From the NCBI GenBank assembly GCA_044238145.1, contig JBIIDT010000001.1, positions 15,172 through 79,171 of the forward strand: a DNA stretch of 64,000 nucleotides. The letters run 5' to 3'. The position numbers and the translations under genes are program-made. The notes under the pieces are model-generated. The model was not told the DNA's origin and did not search any database. It worked only from the letters and a program-made list of their open reading frames with translations. The stretch comes from Pirellulales bacterium. GTDB taxonomy: Bacteria; Planctomycetota; Planctomycetia; Pirellulales; UBA1268. Positions 46,144-54,802 of the stretch are shown piece after piece (position 1 is the stretch's first letter; every line of letters begins with the position of its first letter).

Positions 46144-47397
46144 TCACACCTCCACCAGTTCGTGCTCGACGTCGAGCGGGCCGCGGGTGCGGATCGGCGC
46201 GTTGTCGGTCCCGGATGGCGTGAGCAGGCCGGCGGCCATCCAGCCGAGAAAGAACACGGCCCACGGTGCGGCGACCGCGACGGCCGTCGCGGCTCCGGAC
46301 CCGAGCGCGGCGGCGAGCTGCGGCCTGAACTCCTCGACGGTCGCCACCGTGACCAGGTTGGCCAGGCCCAGCGGCAGCATCACCTTCCAGGCGAGGTTCA
46401 TGAGCTGGTCGAAGCGGAACCGCGGCCAGCTCCAGCGGACGAGCATGAAGAACAGGATGACGGCGAGGATCTTGGCCGACAGCACGCCGAAGCGGATCAG
46501 GCACTGCACCCAGGTGATCTCCTGGCCCGCCCCGGTCAGGCCCCACAGGTGCCAGCCGCCGAGGAACATGATCACGATCAGGAACGCGGCCGTGACCATG
46601 TGGAGGAACTCGGCTACGAGAAACAGGAGCAGCTTGATGCCCGAATATTCGGTGTGGTAGCCGCCCACGAGCTCCTGCTCGGCCTCGGGCAGGTCGAAGG
46701 GGAGCCGGGCCGCCTCGGCGAAGCTCGCCACCAGGAAGACGACGAATCCCAGCGGCTGGGCGAAGGCGTACCAGATGCCCGTTTCCGCCTGGGCGTTCAT
46801 GATGGCGTCGAGCTTGAGCGAGCCGGCCGCGAGCACCACGCCGAGCAGGCCGAGGCCGAGCGGGATCTCGTAGGCCACGAGCTGGGCGCTACTCCGCAGG
46901 CCGCCGAGGAAGCCGTACTTGTTGTTGCTCGCCCAGCCGCCGAGCAGCACGCCGTAGACCGCGATGCTCGAAAGCGCGAACACCCACAGCACGCCGACGT
47001 CGAGGCCGGGCGCGACCAGGAACGGCACCGGGTCGGGCAGGCCCGGGATGCCCAGGGGCGGCAGCACGCTGCCGAAGGGGATGGCGGCGAAGATCGCCAG
47101 TGACGCGGCCAGGATCACCAGCGGCGCCGCCGCGTACAGCACCTTGTCGACGTGCCGCGGCGTGAAGTCCTCCTTGAGGATGATCTTCAGGCCGTCGGCC
47201 AGCGGCTGGCCGAGGCCGAACAGCCGCACCTTCGTGAGCGGGATGCCGACGCGGTTGGGGCCCTTGCGGTCCTGCACCCAGGCGGCCATCCACCGCTCCA
47301 CGAGCACGAGATACGCCGCCGCCGTCATCAGGCCGCCGACGAGCAGGCCGATCTTCACGAGCGCGGCGATCGTGGTGGGGGAGGGGAGAAAGTTCAT
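46144..47397 (-). CDS. nuoH: NADH-quinone oxidoreductase subunit H
   Basis: 417 aa. Motifs ER...A..Q.R.GPNRVG, GLGQP.AD..K, RLPFDLPEAE.ELV.GY.TEYSG. Confidence 0.95.
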   Translation of the reverse strand: MNFLPSPTTIAALVKIGLLVGGLMTAAAYLVLVERWMAAWVQDRKGPNRVGIPLTKVRLFGLGQPLADGLKIILKEDFTPRHVDKVLYAAAPLVILAASLAIFAAIPFGSVLPPLGIPGLPDPVPFLVAPGLDVGVLWVFALSSIAVYGVLLGGWASNNKYGFLGGLRSSAQLVAYEIPLGLGLLGVVLAAGSLKLDAIMNAQAETGIWYAFAQPLGFVVFLVASFAEAARLPFDLPEAEQELVGGYHTEYSGIKLLLFLVAEFLHMVTAAFLIVIMFLGGWHLWGLTGAGQEITWVQCLIRFGVLSAKILAVILFFMLVRWSWPRFRFDQLMNLAWKVMLPLGLANLVTVATVEEFRPQLAAALGSGAATAVAVAAPWAVFFLGWMAAGLLTPSGTDNAPIRTRGPLDVEHELVEV

Positions 47398-49028
47398 GTC
47401 GAGGCGAGCTGGTGGATGCGGAGGTCGACGCCGGTGGCCGGCACGTCACCGGTCAGGGCCGCGAACGCGGCCGACGACTCGGCGATCTGCCGTCGGACTG
47501 CGGTGGGGTCGTAGAGGCCGCGGCGGCCGAGCATGTTCCAGAACAGCCGGCCCTCGGGCCAGACGCCCGCCGGCGGCCGGATCGCCTGGCGGAAGCTCTG
47601 GGCGCGGTGGGCGACGTTGACCCACGTGCCAGCTCGCTCGGCGAAGCCGGCGGCGGGCAGCCGCCAGGTGGCCAACTGCATGAGTGGCGAGTCGAAGAGG
47701 TCCTGGACGACGAGTTGCCCGAGGCCGGCGAACGTCTGCGCCGCGGCCGTGTCGATCCACGGCCCGGGATGCCCGGCCGTGATCCAGGCCGCGTCGGCCT
47801 TGCCGGCGGCGACGTGGGCGACGAGGTCGTCCCAGGAATGGCCGGCCGCACCGAACAGGCCGAGCACCTCCGCGACGCCCCTGCGGTTCGGGCACTTCTC
47901 CGCGCGGATCGTGAAGCCGCCGGGGAAGGTCTCGTCCGCTCCGACGGTGGGCACGAAGCCCGTGGCGAGGAACGCCTCCGGGTCGATCGAGCGGGCCACC
48001 GCGCACAGCATCCACGCCTCCTCGAGCGTGAGCTGCGGCGAGACGGCGACCGCCAGCCGACCCGCGGCCTTGAGATCCTCGCGGAGCCGGAAGACGACGT
48101 CGGCCCATTCGACCGTCTCCGTCGCGGGCACTTGGCCGTGGCCGCGGCCTGTCGCCCGCCGGGTGGCTTCGAGGATCCGCGTCTGGTCGTGGAGATGGTG
48201 CCAGCCGTAGCGGCCATCGTCGCACATCCACCAGGTGTTGACGTGCGGGTTCTCGCGGGGCTTGAGCCGGTAGACCGTGTCCTGGTTGTGCTCGGTGTGG
48301 ATCGAGCAACCGGCCGCGCAGCCGCCGCAGACGTTGGCCTCTCGCTTCAGGAACCAGACCCGCTGCTGGTAGAGGAAGTCCTTGTCGCCGAGCGCGCCCA
48401 CGGGGCAGAGGTCGACGACGTTGCCGGAGAGCTTGTTGTCGAGCGGATGCCCCGGAAAGACGTCGATCTCCTCCTTCGCGCCCCGGGAGGTGACCATCAG
48501 CTCGGCGGTGCCGGCCACCTCACGGGTGAACCGCACGCACCGGGTGCACATGATGCAGCGGTCGACGAACAGGGTGACCGTCGGCCCCACGTCCCGCTTG
48601 CGGCTGGTGAACGGGTGGAGGTCGGCCCGGCGCTCCGGCTGGCCGTGCTGGAAGTGGTAGTCCTGGAGCAGGCACTCGCCGGCCTTGTCGCAGATCGGGC
48701 AGTCGATCGGGTGGTCGATGAGCAGCGCCTCCTCGACGCGGGCCCGACTGTCCTTCACGAGCTGGCTCTCGGTGACGATCACGGTGCCGTCCTTGACCGG
48801 CGTCTGGCAGCCCGGCACGAGCTTGGGCACCATCGTCACCTTGCCAGTGGCCGTGTCCCGCTGGCCCGTCTCGATCAAGCACATGCGGCAGCTGGCCACC
48901 ACCGACAGGCCCGGGTGCCAGCAGTAGTGCGGGATCTCCTTGCCCGCGCGGCGGGCGGCCTCGATGCAGTTGAGCCGCTCGTCGGCCCCGATCTCGATCT
49001 CTTGTCCGTCGACGATGACGACCGGCAT
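47394..49028 (-). CDS. nuoG: NADH-quinone oxidoreductase subunit G (short form, ~544 aa)
   Basis: In-frame start MPVVIVDGQEIE at 49028. 2Fe-2S motif (C..C.MC). HPIDCPICDKAGEC, then CI.CTRCVRF and CP.GAL. The start overlaps the nuoF stop by 1 nt (TGATG). Confidence 0.9.
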   Translation of the reverse strand: MPVVIVDGQEIEIGADERLNCIEAARRAGKEIPHYCWHPGLSVVASCRMCLIETGQRDTATGKVTMVPKLVPGCQTPVKDGTVIVTESQLVKDSRARVEEALLIDHPIDCPICDKAGECLLQDYHFQHGQPERRADLHPFTSRKRDVGPTVTLFVDRCIMCTRCVRFTREVAGTAELMVTSRGAKEEIDVFPGHPLDNKLSGNVVDLCPVGALGDKDFLYQQRVWFLKREANVCGGCAAGCSIHTEHNQDTVYRLKPRENPHVNTWWMCDDGRYGWHHLHDQTRILEATRRATGRGHGQVPATETVEWADVVFRLREDLKAAGRLAVAVSPQLTLEEAWMLCAVARSIDPEAFLATGFVPTVGADETFPGGFTIRAEKCPNRRGVAEVLGLFGAAGHSWDDLVAHVAAGKADAAWITAGHPGPWIDTAAAQTFAGLGQLVVQDLFDSPLMQLATWRLPAAGFAERAGTWVNVAHRAQSFRQAIRPPAGVWPEGRLFWNMLGRRGLYDPTAVRRQIAESSAAFAALTGDVPATGVDLRIHQLAST

Positions 49029-50389
49029 CAGTGGGCTCCGACGATCTGCAGGGCGGGGACGGGGTCGGTGACCATCCAGCCCGAGGGGTTGGTCCGCTTG
49101 ATGTAATCCTCGAACTCGCCGCGGAACTTCTTGATCGCGTTCTTCATCGGCCAGGCGGCACCGTCGGCCAGGCCGCAGATCGTGCTGCCGGGCATCATGC
49201 CCATGGTGTTGCCGAGTTCGAGGAGGATGTCGAGGTCCTTGAGCCTGCCCTGGCCCGCCTTGATCCGCTCGAGGATCCGCAGGCTCCAGCTCGTGCCTTC
49301 GCGGCAGGGCGTGCACTGGCCGCACGACTCGTGGGCGAAGAACCGGGCCGAGTTGTGCAGGAAGTCGACGATGCTCGTCTGGTCGTCGATGACGACGACG
49401 GCCGCCGTGCCGAGGCCCAGACAGCCCACCTTGCCGGGGCCGGCGAAGTCGAGCGGCGTGTCGAGTTCGCTCGCGGTCATCAGGCCCATGGAGATGCCGC
49501 CTGGGATCACCGCCTTCGCCTTGCGCCCCTTCCACACGCCGCCGCCGAAGCCGTCGATCAGTTCGCGGGCCGTGATCCCCAGGGGCGCCTCGTAGCAGCC
49601 CGGCTTCTCCACGTGCCCGGACAGGCAGTAGAGCTTGGGCCCGTAGGAGCCGGGATCGCGGGGGTTGTTTGGATCGGCTGGCACGCCGATCGACTTGAAC
49701 CAGTCGACGCCGCGGCGGGCGATCTGCGCCACGCAGGCCATCGTCTCGATGTTGTTGACGACCGTCGGCTTGCGGAACAGCCCCTCGATCGCCGGGAACG
49801 GCGGCTTGATCCGCGGCCAGGCCCGCTTGCCCTCGAGGCTCTCGATGAGGCCGGTCTCCTCACCGCAGATGTAGGCGGCCGCGCCCCGGTGCAGGTAGAC
49901 GTCGAGCGAGAAGCTCGTGCCGCGGATGTTCTTGCCGAGGTAGCCCGACGCGTAGGCCTCGTCGATCGCCGCCTGGAGCCGGTGCCAGCTCCGCGGATAC
50001 TCGTACCGCAGGTAGAGGTAGGCGGTGGAGGCCCGCGTTGCGAACGACGAGAGGATGATCCCCTCGATCACCTGGTGCGGGTCGTCCTCCATGAGGATCC
50101 GATTGTTGAACGTTCCCGGCTCGCTCTCGTCGGCGTTGATGCACAGGTAGATCGGCCCGGGATGGTCCTTGGGCAGGAACGTCCACTTGAGGCCAGTGGG
50201 AAAGCCCGCGCCGCCACGGCCGCGGAGCCCGGACGCCTTCACCATCTCGATCACGTCGGCGGGCTGCCTGCCCGCGAGCGTGGCTTCGAGCGGCGCGTAC
50301 CCGCCTCGACTCTTGTAGCTCGCGATCGTGTGGCCGTCGGGCACGCCGACGGCCTCGAGGAGGACGGGCTTGAATGGCTGCATGGTCAT
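49028..50389 (-). CDS. nuoF: NADH-quinone oxidoreductase subunit F
   Basis: In-frame start MTMQPF at 50389. Motifs GLRGRGGAGFPTG.KW, CNADESEPGTF, ESCGQCTPCREG. The start overlaps the nuoE stop (ATGA). Confidence 0.95.
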   Translation of the reverse strand: MTMQPFKPVLLEAVGVPDGHTIASYKSRGGYAPLEATLAGRQPADVIEMVKASGLRGRGGAGFPTGLKWTFLPKDHPGPIYLCINADESEPGTFNNRILMEDDPHQVIEGIILSSFATRASTAYLYLRYEYPRSWHRLQAAIDEAYASGYLGKNIRGTSFSLDVYLHRGAAAYICGEETGLIESLEGKRAWPRIKPPFPAIEGLFRKPTVVNNIETMACVAQIARRGVDWFKSIGVPADPNNPRDPGSYGPKLYCLSGHVEKPGCYEAPLGITARELIDGFGGGVWKGRKAKAVIPGGISMGLMTASELDTPLDFAGPGKVGCLGLGTAAVVVIDDQTSIVDFLHNSARFFAHESCGQCTPCREGTSWSLRILERIKAGQGRLKDLDILLELGNTMGMMPGSTICGLADGAAWPMKNAIKKFRGEFEDYIKRTNPSGWMVTDPVPALQIVGAH

Positions 50390-50883
50390 GTCGCCCTCGC
50401 CCGCGGCTTCTTGAGTTCCGCCGCCGCGGACTCGGGGGTCATGTTCTTGAGCAGGTCGTCGTTGGCGAGGATGCAGGGGGCGAAGTCGCACGCGCCCAGG
50501 CACTCGGCCGGCTCGATCGTCAGTTCGCCGTCGGGCGTCGTGCCGTACGGGGTGATGCCATTGGTGTGGCAGAGATGCTCGAGCAGATGGTCGCCGCCCC
50601 GCAGCGCGCACGACACCGATCGGCAGACGAAGGCCCGCACCTTGCCGTGCGGCTTGTCCTGATGGAAGAACTGGTAGAAGGTGAGCGTGTCCTGCACCTC
50701 GGCGGGCGCCAGGCCGAGCACGGCGGCGATCTCGACCACGGCCTCGAGCGGCACGTGCCGCAGCTCGGCGTTGACGATGTGCAAGGCCGGGAGCGTGAGG
50801 GCGCGGCGGTTCGGGTACCGGGGCACGAGAGCCTCGATCTGCGCCACCATCTCGTCGGTGAGGATTTTTCGCGGGGCGATCAT
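50386..50883 (-). CDS. nuoE: NADH-quinone oxidoreductase subunit E (2Fe-2S)
   Basis: 165 aa. Cys ligands lie in CRSVSCALRG...CLGACDFAPC. Thioredoxin-like ferredoxin pattern. Confidence 0.9.
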   Translation of the reverse strand: MIAPRKILTDEMVAQIEALVPRYPNRRALTLPALHIVNAELRHVPLEAVVEIAAVLGLAPAEVQDTLTFYQFFHQDKPHGKVRAFVCRSVSCALRGGDHLLEHLCHTNGITPYGTTPDGELTIEPAECLGACDFAPCILANDDLLKNMTPESAAAELKKPRARAT

Positions 50884-50929
50884 GAAAGAAACGGCGACCC
50901 CTTCTTGCGCCGCGTGAAGACGTCGTTCA

Positions 50930-52168
50930 TCATCGGTCGAGCTCCGCGGCGATGACGTTCAGGCTCCCGAGCACCGCCACCACGTCAGAGAGCGTGTGGC
51001 CGCGGATCAGCTGCGGGAAGAGGGCGAAGTGGAGCACCGACGGCGGCCGACAGCGGGCCCGATAGGCCGTTTCGTTGCCGTCGCCCACCACGTAGAAGCC
51101 GAGCTCGCCGTTGGGCGCCTCGATCGCCGCGTACGACTCCGCGCACGGCACCTCGAAGCCGCGGTTGGCCATCGAGAGTTCGAAATGCGAGATCGTGCCC
51201 TCGATCGTCGAGTACACCTGCTGCTTCGTCGGCCGGGCCACCCGCTGGTCGATGCCCACGTCCACCGGGCCAGCCGGCAGGTTCTCCAGCGCCTGGTGCA
51301 CGAGCTTCAGGCTCTCCCGCATCTCCTGCATCCGCACGAGGTAGCGGGCGTAGCAGTCGCCGGCGCTCGCGCAGCAGACCTTGAAGTCGAGATCGGCGTA
51401 GGCCAGGTAGGGCTCGTCCTTACGGAGGTCCCGCGTCACGCCGCTGGCCCGGGCCACGGGGCCGGTGGCGCCGCCGCCGATCGCCTCCTCCTTCGTGAGC
51501 ACGCCCACCCCCTTGGTGCGATCGACGAAGATCCGGTTCCGCGTCAGGAGCCGCTCCATGTCGTCGAGCGTCTTGGGGAACGTGCGGAGGAACGCCCGGA
51601 TCTTCTCGATCACCAGCGGGGTGAAGTCCTGCGACACGCCTCCTACGCGGGTGTAGGAGTTCGTGAACCGGGCGCCGCACAGCGTCTCGAAGATGTCGTA
51701 GATCACCTCGCGCTGGTAGAAGCCGTAGAGGAAGAACGTGAAGGCGCCGGTGTCGAGGCCCACGGCGCCGTTGCACAGCAGGTGGTCGCTGATCCGGGCG
51801 AGCTCGGCGATGATCGTGCGGATGTACGTGCACCGCGGCGTCAGTTCCAGCCCGAGCAGCGTCTCCACGGCGTGGTGCCAGGCCACGTTGTTGGCCATCG
51901 GCGAGATGTAGTTCATCCGGTCCGTCACCGTGACGTACTGGTTGAACGTCAGGTGCTCGCCGATCTTCTCGAAGCCGGAATGCAGGTAGCCCATCTCCGG
52001 CATGGCGTCGACCACCCGCTCGCCCTCCAGCTTCAGCACGAGCCGCAGCGTCGTGTGGGTGGCCGGGTGCTGGGGGCCGAAGTTCAGCGTCCACAGGTAA
52101 TCCTCGGACCGCGCGCCCGCTTCGGGCCCGCTGCGTGTCGGATCGATTTCGGGGGGTGCGATGGACAT
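50930..52168 (-). CDS. nuoD: NADH-quinone oxidoreductase subunit D
   Basis: 412 aa. Motifs NFGPQHPA.H..LRL...L.GE.V, GYLH.G.EK, RCRPPS. Ends DVVAVLGSLNVIAAELDR. Confidence 0.95.
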   Translation of the reverse strand: MSIAPPEIDPTRSGPEAGARSEDYLWTLNFGPQHPATHTTLRLVLKLEGERVVDAMPEMGYLHSGFEKIGEHLTFNQYVTVTDRMNYISPMANNVAWHHAVETLLGLELTPRCTYIRTIIAELARISDHLLCNGAVGLDTGAFTFFLYGFYQREVIYDIFETLCGARFTNSYTRVGGVSQDFTPLVIEKIRAFLRTFPKTLDDMERLLTRNRIFVDRTKGVGVLTKEEAIGGGATGPVARASGVTRDLRKDEPYLAYADLDFKVCCASAGDCYARYLVRMQEMRESLKLVHQALENLPAGPVDVGIDQRVARPTKQQVYSTIEGTISHFELSMANRGFEVPCAESYAAIEAPNGELGFYVVGDGNETAYRARCRPPSVLHFALFPQLIRGHTLSDVVAVLGSLNVIAAELDR

Positions 52169-52171
52169 CGA

Positions 52172-52681
52172 TTAACTGTGGTCCCGCGTGATGACGGGGA
52201 AGTTGTGGCGTTCGCCGCGGCCCTGCAGGGGGTAGTCCTTGCGCAGGGGATGGGCGGCGAACTCCTCGGGCATGACCAGGCGGCGCAGGTCGGGATGACC
52301 GGTGAATCGGATGCCGAACAGGTCCCAGACCTCGCGCTCCAGCCAATTCGCGCCGGCCCAGATCGACACCACGCTGCGGACGGTCGGCTGGGGATCGTCG
52401 ACGAACACGCGGACGGTGAGCCGCTGGTTGGTTGCCGTGCTCGCCAGCAGGTAGACCAGGCCGTACCGCTGCCGGGCGCCCGGGTACTCGAGATAGTCGA
52501 CGCAGGTCACGTCGACGAGCAGGTCGAAGCCCCTGTCGGCGAGGAACCGCAGCACGTCGTAAGACTCCTCGGCCGGCACGACGAGTCGCGTCTGGCCGCG
52601 GAACGTCGACGACTCCATGGCGCCGAACCGCTCGGTGAGGGCGGCGAGGACATCGTCGACGGGGGGCGGCGTGAAGGGCAT
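52172..52681 (-). CDS. nuoC: NADH-quinone oxidoreductase subunit C
   Basis: 169 aa. Motifs W..ANW.ERE.WD.FGI.F.GHPDLRR......F.GHPLRKDYP. Confidence 0.9.
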   Translation of the reverse strand: MPFTPPPVDDVLAALTERFGAMESSTFRGQTRLVVPAEESYDVLRFLADRGFDLLVDVTCVDYLEYPGARQRYGLVYLLASTATNQRLTVRVFVDDPQPTVRSVVSIWAGANWLEREVWDLFGIRFTGHPDLRRLVMPEEFAAHPLRKDYPLQGRGERHNFPVITRDHS

Positions 52682-52697
52682 GGGCGAGGCGGGACTG

Positions 52698-53318
52698 TCA
52701 GGGGCGGGGAACGGACGGCTCGGCCGCGGCGGCGAGTTCCCGCTGCAGCACGGGATTGCGGGCGGCGTCGATCGTCAGCGGCGCGGCGATGTCGACGAGG
52801 GCCCGCTTGCGGAGCTGGCGGCCCGCCGTGTCGAACTCGCGGCCGGTGATCGTGCCCTCGCGCTGGATCTTGTCCTGAAGATCGATGATCGCCTGGATCA
52901 ATTGCTCCGGCCGCGGCGGACAGCCAGGCACGTACATGTCGACCGGGATGAAGCGGTCGATGCCCTGCACGACGGCGTAGGTGTCGAACACGCCGCCGGT
53001 GCTGGCGCAGGCGCCCATCGAGATGCACCACTTGGGCTCGTGCATCTGCTGCCAGATCCGCTGCAGCACCGGCAGCATCTTCATGACCACGCGGCCGGCC
53101 ACGATCATCAGGTCGCACTGCCGGGGGCTGAAGCGGAAGACCTCGGCCCCGAAACGGGCCAGATCGTGCTTGCTCGCGCCCGTGGCCATCAGCTCGATGC
53201 CGCAGCAGGCCGTGGCGAACGGCATCGGCCAGAGGCTGTTCTTGCGGCACCAGTTGGCCAGGGAATCGAGGCGACTGACGAACACGTTCTCGGGCAGCTG
53301 CAGGTCGCTCACCGCCAT
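52698..53318 (-). CDS. nuoB: NADH-quinone oxidoreductase subunit B (with ~45-aa C-terminal extension)
   Basis: In-frame start MAVSDLQLP at 53318. Motifs [28 protein letters not shown]. Overlaps the nuoA 3' end by 10 nt. Confidence 0.9.
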   Translation of the reverse strand: MAVSDLQLPENVFVSRLDSLANWCRKNSLWPMPFATACCGIELMATGASKHDLARFGAEVFRFSPRQCDLMIVAGRVVMKMLPVLQRIWQQMHEPKWCISMGACASTGGVFDTYAVVQGIDRFIPVDMYVPGCPPRPEQLIQAIIDLQDKIQREGTITGREFDTAGRQLRKRALVDIAAPLTIDAARNPVLQRELAAAAEPSVPRP

Positions 53319-53704
53319 CGGAACACCCCCTTTCGCCAATCGTACGCGAACCCCACGATCACGAGCGCGATGAACAGCATCGCCCCGGCGAACACCAGGC
53401 CCCGCGACGAGACGAGGCCGCCCGTGACCGCGGCATCGACGCCCGCCGCCGAGCGGCTCGCCACCGCCCATGGGTAGAGGAACAGCAGTTCCACGTCGAA
53501 CACGAGGAAGGTGATGGCCACGAGGTGGAAGCGGACGTCGAACCGCCGCCGGGTGTCGTGGACGGGGTCCATGCCGCTCTCGTACGGCATTTCCTTGACC
53601 GCCCCGCTGCGCCGCGGGCCGATGAGCTGGGCGGCCACCACGAGGCCCACCGAGACCGCGGCCGCGATCACCACGAACAGGAGGACGGGGAGGATGGCTT
53701 CCAT
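53309..53704 (-). CDS. nuoA: NADH-quinone oxidoreductase subunit A
   Basis: In-frame start [12 protein letters not shown] at 53704. Motifs YESG..P....R.RF.V.F.L.AI.FL.FD.E..FLYPWA. Confidence 0.9.
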   Translation of the reverse strand: MEAILPVLLFVVIAAAVSVGLVVAAQLIGPRRSGAVKEMPYESGMDPVHDTRRRFDVRFHLVAITFLVFDVELLFLYPWAVASRSAAGVDAAVTGGLVSSRGLVFAGAMLFIALVIVGFAYDWRKGVFRWR

Positions 53705-53759
53705 GGCGCCTGCGGCGGGCTGAAACTGCGAAAAACGGCCGTGGGAACGGACTTCGTGA

Positions 53760-53785
53760 AATTCGTCACGAAGTCGGACCCAAAA
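53760..53785. promoter_or_regulatory. Perfect 10-bp inverted repeat GACTTCGTGA-N6-TCACGAAGTC, 56 nt upstream of the nuoA start (candidate operator or 5'-UTR hairpin)
   Basis: Read directly from the sequence. The core GTGA-N6-TCAC matches the TGTGA-N6-TCACA architecture used by Rex and CRP/FNR-type regulators. It lies in a locally AT-richer segment between a terminator and nuoA. Confidence 0.35.
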
Positions 53786-53791
53786 AAACCG

Positions 53792-53820
53792 GGGGCCTCG
53801 CGGCCTCCGGCCCATCGTCA
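53792..53820 (-). terminator. Rho-independent terminator downstream of rgpF-like gene
   Basis: The minus strand reads CCGGAGGCC-GCGA-GGCCCCCGG followed by TTTTTTT. That is a 9-bp stem with one A-C mismatch and a GNRA loop. It lies 80 nt after the stop at 53901. Confidence 0.65.
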
Positions 53821-53900
53821 CGACCCGCACAGTTATACAAGTCCCGCCCGGCGGCGGCGAGCCGGGCCGTTTTCGGGCCGCCCGGCGATGGTTCCGCCCC

Positions 53901-54776
53901 TCACCCGCAGCGGGCGAGGTGGGCGCGAATCAGCGGCACGATGTCGGGGTGCCGCCGGGCGAGTTCCGCCGTCACGCGGCCCAGATCGAGGCCGTAATGG
54001 TTCGTGCGGAACACGCTCGCCTTCACGAACGGGATTCCGGCCTCGAGCAGCCGCCGCCACAGCAGTTCGCTGGGGTTGTGCGGGTTTCGCCGCCCCTTGC
54101 GCACCAGCCGCCACGCACGCCGCGGGTCGGCGAGCCGCACGTGCGGCCACAGTTCGGCGAGCGACACGGGCGCGGCCTCGCGGGCGTCGTAGATCGCGGC
54201 GACGTTCAGGCCCGCCCGGCGGCAGGCCGCGGACAGGCCGAGCTCGTAGCGGTCGACGACCTCTTCCTTGGAGGGCAGGGGCACGACGCTGCTCCAGAAC
54301 CGATCGAACAGCGGCGCCTCCAGCAGGCGGCGGCGCATGCCGAAGAACCACGACTGCACGTGCGGGCAGCGGCCGGGGCGGAATCGGGTGCCCTGCTCGG
54401 AGAGCACCATGCCCCACAGGTCGGCGGCGGCGGTTCGCGGATGTTCGAGCGCGGGGCCGAGGTCGAAGAGCGGGCCGTAGACGCTGTCGTTGACGCACAG
54501 GATCTCGTCGTAGTCGCCCGGCCGCAGCGTCGCGAGCCCGTCCCGCCAGCTGCCGAAGTCGTAACCCACGTTGGGGCGGGCCACGAACGCATCGACGAGG
54601 CCGGCCACCGCGGCCGGCGGCCGCGGGACGCTCGCCGACACCAGCACCAGCCGGTCGGCGTGCGGCCGGTAGCTGCGCAGGGCCGCGACGACGAGCGGAT
54701 CGAACGCGCCGCTGGGATCGTAGTGGGCGAAGACGATCGCCCGGGCGGGCGACGGACGCGGCGAAGGTGCGATCAT
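53901..54776 (-). CDS. Rhamnan synthesis protein F (RgpF)-like glycosyltransferase
   Basis: In-frame start MIAPSPRP at 54776 within ORF 53901..55934. Motifs AIVFAHYDP.G.....V...L......RLVLVS, N.GYDFGSW..G, CVNDS.YGPLF, Q.SWFFGMRR resemble the RgpF family. Confidence 0.65.
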   Translation of the reverse strand: MIAPSPRPSPARAIVFAHYDPSGAFDPLVVAALRSYRPHADRLVLVSASVPRPPAAVAGLVDAFVARPNVGYDFGSWRDGLATLRPGDYDEILCVNDSVYGPLFDLGPALEHPRTAAADLWGMVLSEQGTRFRPGRCPHVQSWFFGMRRRLLEAPLFDRFWSSVVPLPSKEEVVDRYELGLSAACRRAGLNVAAIYDAREAAPVSLAELWPHVRLADPRRAWRLVRKGRRNPHNPSELLWRRLLEAGIPFVKASVFRTNHYGLDLGRVTAELARRHPDIVPLIRAHLARCG

Positions 54777-54802
54777 CGTGTGGCGCCCGCAAGTCCCTCG
54801 CG

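Noticed and set aside
41945-52849. Several 500-790-aa plus-strand ORFs across the nuo operon (41945..44311, 47412..49106, 49031..50662, 50996..52849)
   Set aside because: All are antisense to motif-verified nuo genes, with compositionally biased (R/G/D/H) products.
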